Counted from the first letter of the stretch, positions 18,959 to 27,830 are shown. The stretch: 64,000 bases of DNA from an uncultured bacterium (GCA_937861125.1 CALMAY010000038.1:254921-318920), one strand, 5' to 3'. Notes: generated by a model not told the origin, from the sequence alone. Translations and numbers: made by a program.

Positions 18959-19514
18959 AGGATCGACGAGAGAGCGTAAACAACTCTTTTTTGGAACGCA
19001 TACGAAGAGACGGGACAGTCACCGTCACAATCGCGACCACAATCGCCACAATACTCGGTGTCAGCACCAATTCCCACAGCAAGATATCAGAGAGCCGCAC
19101 AAAACTCAGTGGGACATCCGTATAGACACTCACAATAAAGCGTAACATGAAATACAGTGCCCGAAACAAAACAATACAAATCGCCGTCAACGCCAATCCA
19201 GAATACCACGACCGATTGGTAAAGATACGCTCATAGAGCCAATACACACACAGTGTGGCAATCGTCCCAGAGAGCAGCAACACCCCAAACGGTGTCCCCG
19301 CACTATATGCGTCAAGAAAGAAAAACAACAAAAAACTCAACCACACCACCGATCCGTTTTCAAACAAAAACAAATAACAAATCAATGAGGCGATAATGAC
19401 ATGCACAAACACAAACGGCTCAGGCAACACACTGGTAAAAAAAATATGCACTGTCGTGATAGTGAGCAGAAGCAAGATAAAGCCAATAAGTTTTGCAAGT
19501 TTGTAGAGGAACAT
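18948..19514 (-). CDS. mreD: rod-shape determining protein MreD-like membrane protein
   Basis: Polytopic ~180-aa membrane protein positioned between mreC and mrdA. The call rests on position plus hydrophobicity. Confidence 0.6.
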   Translation of the reverse strand: MFLYKLAKLIGFILLLLTITTVHIFFTSVLPEPFVFVHVIIASLICYLFLFENGSVVWLSFLLFFFLDAYSAGTPFGVLLLSGTIATLCVYWLYERIFTNRSWYSGLALTAICIVLFRALYFMLRFIVSVYTDVPLSFVRLSDILLWELVLTPSIVAIVVAIVTVTVPSLRMRSKKELFTLSRRSYER

Positions 19515-19537
19515 ACCATTTTATCAATTGACTTACT

Positions 19538-19641
19538 TACGTCATTGCGAGGAGCTCGCGCGACGAAGCAATCCACAACATTGGTTTTACGCTTGCCAGA
19601 CGGATACTGGATTGCTTCGCTTTGTCGCTCGCAATGACGTA
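19538..19641. repeat. palindromic MITE/REP-like element, family A copy 1
   Basis: Arms TACGTCATTGCGAG...GAAGCAATCC and GGATTGCTTCGC...CTCGCAATGACGTA, in the mreC-mreD spacer. Confidence 0.85.
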
Positions 19642-19668
19642 GGGGTCTTTTGCGTACTATTCAAACCT

Positions 19669-20460
19669 CTACATCTGTATCAACACCGACACAGCCGAGA
19701 GTGAATCATACTGTGACAATGGCGTGACAATCGCACGCTGAAACGGTTCATACGGCTGACGCTCGACCGCCTCCACTGTCCCCACCACCAATCCTTTTGG
19801 TATACCCACAATTCCCGAGGTCACCACTGTCTGTCCTACTTCAACAATCTCATTTTGTGGAATAAAGTTGATATGGAGCGAAATACCAAAACCTCCCTCG
19901 AGTACACCAATCGTCGTCTCGTTGCCCGCAAAGGTGACACCCATGCGACTCTGTGAATCCTCGAGCAACCGCACCAGTGAGGTCCCCTCCTCCACACGAA
20001 TAATCTGTCCAATCAAAATACCATTTCCCACAATCACTGCATCACCCACAGAGACACCACTCGTCTCTCCACGATCGAGCACGATCGTCTGCTCGAGCGG
20101 ATCAATCCCCTTGCCAATCACGCGCGCACCCACATGACTGAGCTCGCGTTCACGGACAAATTTGAGTTGCTGCTTGAGTGTCTCGTTTTCTGCTGTCAGC
20201 AGTGCAACGGTCGCTGTATCCACCGTACAGACATTTTTTTGTGAGATCAATTCGATATACGCTTTTTCCAATTCTTTGGGATCATCAAATACTTGTATCT
20301 CATTTTCGAGTGAAACACTAAAACTATAGGCACTCGACGCCAGCGGACGAATAATTGAGCGAATCGTACGCTCAATCGGCGCGAGCCACGAGAGAAAATG
20401 AAAAACAATCGTGATACCAATCACGATGAGAAAAGCGATGAGAATACGGAGACGGTTCAT
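19669..20460 (-). CDS. mreC: rod-shape determining protein MreC
   Basis: N-terminal TM, coiled coil (ENETLKQQLKF) and beta-barrel repeats (GDAVIVGNGILIGQI, GQTVVTSGIVGIPKGLVVGTV). I chose the ATG at 20460; the track ORF starts at the GTG at 20478. Confidence 0.85.
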   Translation of the reverse strand: MNRLRILIAFLIVIGITIVFHFLSWLAPIERTIRSIIRPLASSAYSFSVSLENEIQVFDDPKELEKAYIELISQKNVCTVDTATVALLTAENETLKQQLKFVRERELSHVGARVIGKGIDPLEQTIVLDRGETSGVSVGDAVIVGNGILIGQIIRVEEGTSLVRLLEDSQSRMGVTFAGNETTIGVLEGGFGISLHINFIPQNEIVEVGQTVVTSGIVGIPKGLVVGTVEAVERQPYEPFQRAIVTPLSQYDSLSAVSVLIQM

Positions 20461-20488
20461 ATACGTGAATATATACACACAATAACAT

Positions 20489-20590
20489 TACGTCATCGCG
20501 AGGAGCTCGCGCGACGTGGCGATCCACAACGTTTGTCCAATTGACCATGGATTGCCGCGTCGTCGCTTTGCTCCTCCTCGCAATGACGTA
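20489..20590. repeat. palindromic MITE/REP-like element, family A copy 2
   Basis: TACGTCATCGCGAGGAGCTCGCGCGACGTGGCGATCC...GGATTGCCGCGTCGTCGCTTTGCTCCTCCTCGCAATGACGTA, in the same orientation as copy 1, in the mreB-mreC spacer. Confidence 0.85.
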
Positions 20591-20683
20591 GGGCACATCA
20601 CCTTGAACCACGTCATAGTGGAGAGAGGTGGCTTTAGTGTTAAATGTATTTCACTTCGTTTCGGTCGGAATGACAACGGTACA

Positions 20684-21730
20684 CTACCGATTCGCCCGCG
20701 GAGACGGCAATGCTACTTCTGTAAGCAACTGCTCATCTTCGAGCAACACCGCAGTCCCACGCACCACTGCAGTGAGTGGATCGTCAGCAATACGCACAGG
20801 GATCTCCGTCTCACGTGCAATAATCGTATCAATCCCGCGCAGCAACGCACCACCACCACAGAGCAGCATTCCACGCTCATGAATATCCGCAGTCAATTCT
20901 GGTGGTGTCATCTCGAGCGTCATCTTGACGTGGTCCACAATCGTATCCACGCCACGAGAGAGCGCCTCACGAATATGTCCGTCTGTCACCATCACCTCTT
21001 TTGGTAGCCCTGTCATCACATCACGTCCACGCATCGGAAACTCGATCTGCTGACTCAGTGGGAGCGCTGATCCAATTTTGAGTTTGATCATCTCTGCATA
21101 ACTCTCTCCGATATAGAGGTTAAAGACTTCGCGTGCATACTGAATAATACTTTTGTTCATCTCCTCACCGGCAATCGGCGTGGATTTCCAATTCACAATC
21201 CCGTGCAGTGAAATCACCGCCACCTCAGTACTACCACCCCCAATATCCACCACCATATTTCCAATCGGTTCAGAGATCGGCATACGCGCACCAATTGCTG
21301 CTGCCATTGGTTCCTGTATCAAAAAGACTTCGCGTGCACCCGCCGCAATCGTCGCATCCTCCACTGCCTTGGTCTCCACCTCAGTCACGAGTAGTGGCAC
21401 TGCAGTCACGACACGTGGACGCTTGCGCCAGCCAGACTGACCCTCAGTCACTTTGTCGATAAAGTAGGCGAGCATTTTTTCTGTCACCTCATAATCTGAG
21501 ATAATACCCTTTGAGAGTGGACGAGAGATCTCGATATGCGGTGGCGCTTTGCCCAGCATGTTTTTGGCTTCCTGCCCGACGGCGAGGATGCGCTCCGTCT
21601 TGGTATTAATTGCCACAACAGACGGCTCGTTGATGACGATCCCTTTTTCTTTGGTATAGACGCGTGTATTGGTCGTCCCCAAATCAATTCCAATTTCACT
21701 GCGCGTGGCGGCATTCCAAAACTTACGCAT
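20684..21730 (-). CDS. mreB: rod-shape determining actin homologue MreB
   Basis: IGIDLGTTNTRVY, DIGGGSTEVAVISL and LCGGGALLRGID motifs. I chose the ATG at 21730; the track start is a TTG. Confidence 0.93.
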   Translation of the reverse strand: MRKFWNAATRSEIGIDLGTTNTRVYTKEKGIVINEPSVVAINTKTERILAVGQEAKNMLGKAPPHIEISRPLSKGIISDYEVTEKMLAYFIDKVTEGQSGWRKRPRVVTAVPLLVTEVETKAVEDATIAAGAREVFLIQEPMAAAIGARMPISEPIGNMVVDIGGGSTEVAVISLHGIVNWKSTPIAGEEMNKSIIQYAREVFNLYIGESYAEMIKLKIGSALPLSQQIEFPMRGRDVMTGLPKEVMVTDGHIREALSRGVDTIVDHVKMTLEMTPPELTADIHERGMLLCGGGALLRGIDTIIARETEIPVRIADDPLTAVVRGTAVLLEDEQLLTEVALPSPRANR

Positions 21731-22979
21731 ATTGTTGTATCTTTTCAATAAGACTGTCTAATGTCACCATACTACTTTCTTCACTGACACGTTCTTTCCA
21801 CTCAACTGCGTTTTGCTCGAGTGTTTTGCTACTGACCACGAGACGAAGTGGGATACCAATCAAATCACTATCCGCAAATTTCTCTCCCGCACGTGCATCA
21901 CGATCATCATAGAGCACCTCGATCCCCGCCTGCTGCAGTTGTGTATAGAGTGCATCAGCTTTCATTTTTTCTTCGTCCGTTTTGGCCAGTGAGACCAAAT
22001 GCACGTGAAATGGTGAGACTGCCATAGGCCATTTGATTCCTTTGTCATCAGAAAACTTCTCTACCAGTACTCCCATCAAACGGGTGATACCAATTCCATA
22101 TGATCCGAGCCACACCGCAGTGTTTCCACCCTCACTATCCGCAAATCGGAGTCCCATCTCCTCACATTTGGTACGACCAAAGTTAAAGATGTTGCCCACC
22201 TCCGCCGTTTTCACCTCCTGCAATTCTTCGCGTGTCACACCGAGTGTTTTGAGTGTCTCGTCGTTGAGTACCTCAGTATTGATGGCGATATGTTTGTCAC
22301 GGTTGATATAGATACTATCCTCACCCGCATCAGTAATCGTCTGAAACTCATGACTAAACTGTGTAAACGCACCACCAGAAGCAAAGGTCACAAAGGTATC
22401 CTCAGCAATCCCCACACGACGAAAGACGTTCATATACGCCTCAATCGTCTTGTCATAAAACGCCTGATGTGTCGCCTCGTCGGTCGCGTATGAGTACATA
22501 TCTTTCATCACAAACTCACGGCCGCGCATGATACCACTTTTGGCACGCAGCTCATTGCGTAGTTTGGTTTGAAATTGATAGACGTATACTGGCAAGTTTT
22601 TGTAACTGACAATATAGTTTTTCATCATCTCAGTAATCTGCTCCTCGTGAGACCACCCAAAGCCAACTTCCGTCCCATTTTTGAGTTGTGATTTGAACCA
22701 AACATCTACCATCTCATCACTCCAACGATTCGTCGTCTCCCACACTTCTTTGCGCTGCAGTGAGGTCATGATGAGCTCGAGTCCACCGATGGCATTCATC
22801 TCTTCGCGGACGATCTGTTTAATTTTTTCAACCACGCGCAAACCCAGTGGCAGATAGGCGTAGACGCCTGCCATTTCTTTGTAGACATATCCTGCACGAA
22901 TCAGCAGCTGTGCGTTTTTGGACACTTCATCTGCTGGTGCGTTTTTGAGTGTTTTGGTAAAAAGTAATGATTGTTTCAT
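21723..22979 (-). CDS. proS: prolyl-tRNA synthetase (short form without large editing insertion)
   Basis: RAKSGIMRGREFVMKDMYSY motif 2 context and a C-terminal anticodon-binding domain (HVHLVSL...); 418 aa. Confidence 0.88.
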   Translation of the reverse strand: MKQSLLFTKTLKNAPADEVSKNAQLLIRAGYVYKEMAGVYAYLPLGLRVVEKIKQIVREEMNAIGGLELIMTSLQRKEVWETTNRWSDEMVDVWFKSQLKNGTEVGFGWSHEEQITEMMKNYIVSYKNLPVYVYQFQTKLRNELRAKSGIMRGREFVMKDMYSYATDEATHQAFYDKTIEAYMNVFRRVGIAEDTFVTFASGGAFTQFSHEFQTITDAGEDSIYINRDKHIAINTEVLNDETLKTLGVTREELQEVKTAEVGNIFNFGRTKCEEMGLRFADSEGGNTAVWLGSYGIGITRLMGVLVEKFSDDKGIKWPMAVSPFHVHLVSLAKTDEEKMKADALYTQLQQAGIEVLYDDRDARAGEKFADSDLIGIPLRLVVSSKTLEQNAVEWKERVSEESSMVTLDSLIEKIQQYA

Positions 22980-22982
22980 ATA

Positions 22983-23435
22983 TTATGTATGTGAGCGATT
23001 GACGGTATATCGATATACTGCCAAGAGAAAAAGACAAAAGAGAAAGAGCGCGACGTTCCACGGGCGCAAGACGCGCAGTGACTGCAAAAAGAGCAGTAGC
23101 ACGAGACTCGCAGAAAGCATCGCCGAGTACCAAAATCGTACTCCCACCAGTCGAAACAGCGGTATTCCCTCGTCCGAACGCCACGACGCGAGCAGCGACC
23201 AGACGACAGTAGATGTGCCCAAGAGGGCAAAAAAGAAGCTCAAATAAAAGAAAAGAAACCCAGCGAGGTTACTATGAAACGGATCTACATTGAACAGCAC
23301 CAAACCAAAGGATACCCAGCAGAGCGCTGTGCCAAAAAGCATGGTGAGGAGGTATTGACGAAAGGTCATAGAAACAAAAGGGAGCTCTCCAGTTGGAGCT
23401 CCCTGTATTGTATGGGAAATGGGGGTGTTTGGCAA
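22983..23435 (-). CDS. hypothetical membrane protein
   Basis: About four hydrophobic helices; no recognisable family. Confidence 0.45.
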   Translation of the reverse strand: MPNTPISHTIQGAPTGELPFVSMTFRQYLLTMLFGTALCWVSFGLVLFNVDPFHSNLAGFLFFYLSFFFALLGTSTVVWSLLASWRSDEGIPLFRLVGVRFWYSAMLSASLVLLLFLQSLRVLRPWNVALFLFCLFLLAVYRYTVNRSHT

Positions 23436-23496
23436 GGGGGTTAAACTAAATAAAAAAATTCATTATTTATGCAAAAATTAGTATAAAAAATAATAG

Positions 23497-25101
23497 CTAA
23501 CTATTTAAAAATTCCACAAATTCATCTGTATGAGCTGGGGCTAATTTACCCTCTTTTAATTGCCGAAGAATATCTAACGGCTTCTTAAATTTTTCATTAT
23601 TAGAGGTCTTATCAAAATTAACATACGTTTCGAGATCCACTTCAAAACTCTTAACACTTGAAGTAAATTTGTTGCAGGCATTTACAATCGCCTCATTCCA
23701 TTCTTCGTGTTTTGGAGTTTTATTATTGTCTTTATCAAACATGACTGAATGTCTTATACCAAATTGTTGACACAATCTCATAAAATACGGGATATTACTT
23801 TTGTTTCCACACTCAACAATATATAAATTTTTATCTAAATTATTTTCTTTTAGTAGATAATTTAAAAAAGCCTTGTCTGATGCCCCCTCAACAAGGACTA
23901 CTTTATCCACAAAAAACATAGTATTCCTATCTGGATTTAGCCACAAAATAAAATCAAAATCTGGAGCTTGAATTTGAAGTTCTCCCAAGAATTCTTCACT
24001 CGCACTATATTTAGTTGTCACACCAGAATTTTTGACAAATCTAGAAATACACTTCAGTGAATCATTTTTAGAACTAATTAAATTGGGTGAATGGGTGCAG
24101 ACTAAAACCTGACTACTTTCAGTTTTTGCTAGCTTTTCTAGATTTTTTAAAAGCTTACATTCTTGGTCATAGTGCAGTAAAGCCTCCGGCTCTTCATAGA
24201 GGAGAAGGGTCATATCACCATTAAATTTCTTCTTATCTGATTTCATTTTTTTTCCTTCAATCTCAGCCCACAACAAAAGCAAATTATTAACAATTGAGCG
24301 CTGCGCACCAGACCCCAAATTCATAGGGTCTTCCTCTATATTTGTCTCGTTAGAAATCAAGTTTAATTTTGCACCTGATAAAATTATATCCTCTGGTGAA
24401 GGTGGCGAAATTGAAATCTGTGATTTCAAACCCCAATCACTAAGTCTTAAAGATAAATTCTCCTCAATCTCATTTACACTCTTAAACTCACCAGTAGCTT
24501 TTACTGGACTCTTTAAATCATTAGTAAACTCTTTAGTATCTTGGACAAGTTTATTCCAAGATGGTAAGTCAGTTAATGTTTCTGTTAAAATTCTACTAAC
24601 CAATTTTGAAAAAAGTGATGATTTAGTTTTTTTAAGTTCTTCACCAAGTTCTTTTACAGCTGGAATATAAATCACCGTACCAAGTTTTCCCACAGCAACA
24701 TTTTTAGCACCAAAAAACTCTTCTTCACTTTCCTTAACATCTCCTGTTTGGTTATCTTTTATATAACCATGAACCTCCCCTCTTAAAGAATCTGTCTTAT
24801 ATCTTTTTACCACTCTTAAAATATTTCCATCAAGTTTATATTGTTCTGGCACTTGAGAGAATTCATTTGCACTTAGTTGATATTCAATCAATATTTCTAT
24901 TGGCTGATGAGCAGCATCAGAACGAAGAAAATCTTCTAATTTTACATCATAATCTCCATAAAACGCTCTTATTGCATGCATTACAGATGATTTACCCGCA
25001 TTATTTTGCCCAACACAAGTCCACACATCATCCAAAGGACCAGAAATAGTCACATCTTTAAGCGAGCGAAAATTAGTAATTTTAATAGTTTTTATTTTCA
25101 T
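23497..25101 (-). CDS. OLD-family nuclease (ABC/AAA-type ATPase + C-terminal Toprim)
   Basis: Walker A GQNNAGKSS, signature-like LGSGAQRS, Walker B LLLYEEPEALLH and H-loop VCTHSP. The C-terminal Toprim has VVLVEGASDKAF and MFDKDNN (DxD). It overlaps the upstream methylase gene by 4 nt. Confidence 0.8.
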   Translation of the reverse strand: MKIKTIKITNFRSLKDVTISGPLDDVWTCVGQNNAGKSSVMHAIRAFYGDYDVKLEDFLRSDAAHQPIEILIEYQLSANEFSQVPEQYKLDGNILRVVKRYKTDSLRGEVHGYIKDNQTGDVKESEEEFFGAKNVAVGKLGTVIYIPAVKELGEELKKTKSSLFSKLVSRILTETLTDLPSWNKLVQDTKEFTNDLKSPVKATGEFKSVNEIEENLSLRLSDWGLKSQISISPPSPEDIILSGAKLNLISNETNIEEDPMNLGSGAQRSIVNNLLLLWAEIEGKKMKSDKKKFNGDMTLLLYEEPEALLHYDQECKLLKNLEKLAKTESSQVLVCTHSPNLISSKNDSLKCISRFVKNSGVTTKYSASEEFLGELQIQAPDFDFILWLNPDRNTMFFVDKVVLVEGASDKAFLNYLLKENNLDKNLYIVECGNKSNIPYFMRLCQQFGIRHSVMFDKDNNKTPKHEEWNEAIVNACNKFTSSVKSFEVDLETYVNFDKTSNNEKFKKPLDILRQLKEGKLAPAHTDEFVEFLNS

Positions 25102-25859
25102 ACTATTTTTTGAAACACAAATAGATGCTCATGCATAATAAGCAAAAAGTTGCTTTCCTGCGACCGTTTTACCCAAAAACCAGTTGCCTTGCAGTTATGT
25201 TGGTGTTTAATAATATCCTCTCTCAAACTGAAGCCAGACTTCAAAAAACGCTCCATTACCTTAAATGCAAGAGGTTGGTACATCTTGTTTCGTCTCGTGT
25301 CTCCCATAAGCACCGCACAATACTTTCCAGGCTTGAGCGTGCGATATAGTTCCCCTGCTACTTTTTCCATCTCATCACAAAACGCATCAATATCATGTAT
25401 GTTTGAAAGGTCGTTTTTTAACTTACCTTCACTATATTTGATAATATCAGCGTATGGCGGATGTATGATAATTAAATCAGCACTCTCCTCAGGCATCTTT
25501 TTCAAATCACGCGCATCCCACAAATATAACTTGTGCCAAGATTTATTTTTTACAGGAAAATCAAGACACTTTTTTGTTCGCTCAAGTGCTTTTTTGTTTA
25601 CATCAGAACAAATACTATTTCGATTCAAAATCTTTGCCTCAATCGCAGTCGTACCACCTCCCACCATCGGATCAAATACAACATCCTTTTCTTTTGAGTA
25701 CCTCAAAATAAGATTACGAACCACTTCTGGAGACCAATTCCCCCTCCAGTCAGACGTGTGTGTCGCCCATTTTCCACGACGCGGAAAAGACCAGACTGTT
25801 GTACATTCTAGATCAAACTGTTCGGGGTGAAGTTTTAGTTCTTTTATAAAAGACATCAC
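25098..25859 (-). CDS. SAM-dependent DNA methyltransferase (amino-MTase with FDPMVGGGTT motif I followed by IIHPPY motif IV)
   Basis: Motif I VVFDPMVGGGTTAIEA, then motif IV LIIIHPPYADI about 70 aa later. It has 4-nt overlaps with both flanking genes. Confidence 0.75.
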   Translation of the reverse strand: MMSFIKELKLHPEQFDLECTTVWSFPRRGKWATHTSDWRGNWSPEVVRNLILRYSKEKDVVFDPMVGGGTTAIEAKILNRNSICSDVNKKALERTKKCLDFPVKNKSWHKLYLWDARDLKKMPEESADLIIIHPPYADIIKYSEGKLKNDLSNIHDIDAFCDEMEKVAGELYRTLKPGKYCAVLMGDTRRNKMYQPLAFKVMERFLKSGFSLREDIIKHQHNCKATGFWVKRSQESNFLLIMHEHLFVFQKIV

Positions 25860-26476
25860 TTTGCAATTTCAAAAATTTTTGCGACTAATTGAGGACGAGC
25901 GTAAAAAGCACGGGTTGTTGAATTTTTCGATCCCTTTGTTCTTGCTTGTATCCACTTTCCATCTCTTCCTGTCAAAGCTTCAAATCCTTGGGTTTTTAAT
26001 TTATTACGTATAAAATCATAATCAGCTTTAATCTCCATAATCAAATCATCTGTTTCTGCAAAATCAAGACTAACAACATCGATAATTTCAGCTTTATCAG
26101 CATTTTTCCCATGCCAAGCAACTGCACAAAAAACAATAGTTTTTAATTTAGCCCAACAATGACTACTAAAAAAATCTTCTTCAAGTAGTTGTTTCTGGTT
26201 AAGCATCGTAATCGCCATTGTTTCTTTTGGTTTAAGCTTGCCTTTTCTATCATAATTGAAACTAACTGATTTCAACTCATAAGTAAGACCGTTTGGAGCT
26301 TTTGAATTATTATTAGTCAATCCCGCAAGTCTTTCAAGAACAAGACCTTTCCAACCTTTATTTTGTTTTCCAGTCTCAAAGGTCGTAATTTTATATTGGA
26401 TAGCCAATTCTCGCAGATCTTGACCTATATATTTTTTAAGATTTTCAATTGCTTTCGCACGAGTAATTATATTCAT
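25856..26476 (-). CDS. MutH/Sau3AI-fold (GATC-type) restriction endonuclease
   Basis: Aligns by eye along its length to E. coli MutH: KGWKGLVLERLAG ~ KGWIGVLLEIWLG, TYELKSV ~ GVELKTI (E-x-K), GKWIQARTKG ~ GEYLQIRPKA, RAFYARPQL ~ RGFYLKKNF. Confidence 0.7.
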   Translation of the reverse strand: MNIITRAKAIENLKKYIGQDLRELAIQYKITTFETGKQNKGWKGLVLERLAGLTNNNSKAPNGLTYELKSVSFNYDRKGKLKPKETMAITMLNQKQLLEEDFFSSHCWAKLKTIVFCAVAWHGKNADKAEIIDVVSLDFAETDDLIMEIKADYDFIRNKLKTQGFEALTGRDGKWIQARTKGSKNSTTRAFYARPQLVAKIFEIAK

Positions 26477-26481
26477 AATTT

Positions 26482-27459
26482 TTAATAATTAGTCACCAAA
26501 ACTTCAAAAACTTTTCCTCTTTTACTTGCGTTAGAGTTAATTGCTCTCCCAGCCTGCACCTTGTTAATTTTTACCTTTTTATCTTTTATTTCAGAATATA
26601 TTTCATTGATAAATGGTGTATCTGAGTTTGAAAGCATAACAAAACAACCACGCTTGTGTAGTTCTACAAAAGTATCTCGAAGTTCAATCTGTTCTTTATC
26701 CAAAAAAACATCTTTAGTGTACGAAGTAAATGATGCCGTTTTACTGACAGGATAGTAAGGTGGATCGAAATATATAAAATCTCCTTTTTTTGCCTTTTTT
26801 AACACTTCTTTATAATCCTGATGTTTAATTTCTACTTTTGCAAGTGATAGTGATACTTTTCTCAAGTTAACAGCGTCACAAATAGACGGATTGTTATAAG
26901 ATCCAAAAGGCACATTGAACTCCCCTTTTCCATTAACACGATACAATCCGTTAAAGCATGTACGATTGAGATAAATAAACCGGGCAGCAATTTGTAAATC
27001 ACTTAATTTTTCTATTTTCTTGGCGCGTATTTTGAGAAAAAAATCTTTATCGTATTTATACGTCTTAAGAAGTTTAATGAGAGATTCTACATTATCTCGT
27101 ATAACGATATATGTTGTTACCAACTCTAGATTCATATCAGAAAGTACAGCTTTTTTTGGAAGAAGATCAAAAAAAACAGCACCGCCTCCGACAAATGGTT
27201 CAAAATATGTATCTTTATTTGGGTCAAATTCATCTGGCGGATACAGACCCATACTACTAAACTGTTTCAATAACTGTCTTTTTCCCCCGACCCATTTTAC
27301 AAATGGCTTAGGTCTATCAACCACAATCTTTTCAACGTCAACCATCTCTTTTGGCTCTGGTGCCAAATCAACAGCTCGCTGTGCAAATATAAAATTAACA
27401 CCAAATTGATTTTGAATCTGAAGAACTTTTTCTGCTGTTGTCATATGTTTGAAATACAA
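26482..27459 (-). CDS. Dam-family (D12 class) N6-adenine DNA methyltransferase
   Basis: FVKWVGGKRQLL, motif I FEPFVGGGAVFF and motif IV FIYFDPPYYP. The start could alternatively be the ATG at 27444. Confidence 0.88.
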   Translation of the reverse strand: MYFKHMTTAEKVLQIQNQFGVNFIFAQRAVDLAPEPKEMVDVEKIVVDRPKPFVKWVGGKRQLLKQFSSMGLYPPDEFDPNKDTYFEPFVGGGAVFFDLLPKKAVLSDMNLELVTTYIVIRDNVESLIKLLKTYKYDKDFFLKIRAKKIEKLSDLQIAARFIYLNRTCFNGLYRVNGKGEFNVPFGSYNNPSICDAVNLRKVSLSLAKVEIKHQDYKEVLKKAKKGDFIYFDPPYYPVSKTASFTSYTKDVFLDKEQIELRDTFVELHKRGCFVMLSNSDTPFINEIYSEIKDKKVKINKVQAGRAINSNASKRGKVFEVLVTNY

Positions 27460-27466
27460 AAGTATT

Positions 27467-27766
27467 TTACACCAAATACCTCAACCGATCCACCTCAGAC
27501 ACACCCAATCGCTCATTGATCATAGAGACAATCTCTGCCTGACGCAGACGAATCTCACTGGCAGCGATAGAGCTCGCACAGGTGACGGTGAGTGTACGGT
27601 TTTTGACATACAGCGGTTTGACGTGCTCTGCGAGTCCCGCTGGGAGGATGGAGGTGATCACATCAGTAGCGATATCAATAGCCGACGCAGCCACAACACC
27701 TCGCATGAGTGGCGAAGCGTCTTGCATGCGTTGTTTGAGTGAGTCACTGAGAGAGCTGAGGGTCAT
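27467..27766 (-). CDS. DUF721/DciA-like protein
   Basis: About 100 aa with the DUF721 pattern (VKPLYVKNRTLTVTCASSIAASEIRLRQAEIVSMINERLG). I chose the ATG at 27766; the track start is a TTG. Confidence 0.6.
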   Translation of the reverse strand: MTLSSLSDSLKQRMQDASPLMRGVVAASAIDIATDVITSILPAGLAEHVKPLYVKNRTLTVTCASSIAASEIRLRQAEIVSMINERLGVSEVDRLRYLV

Positions 27767-27830
27767 ACTATGGATAGAGTACCACGAGACGGATGCGAAA
27801 GACAAGGAAAATATACGGTGTGGATAACTA

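Noticed and set aside
25150-25830. Long antisense ORFs in the track: 25150-25830 (226 aa), 61813-62547 (244 aa), 34633-35157 (174 aa), 20516-21007 (163 aa), 3455-4000 (181 aa), 13162-13662 (166 aa)
   Set aside because: Each lies entirely opposite a confidently identified conserved gene (methylase, sufB, atpD, mreB, ftsQ, GNAT/lysS). Each has a low-complexity, Cys/His/Phe/Ile-rich composition typical of shadow frames, and none has a recognisable motif.
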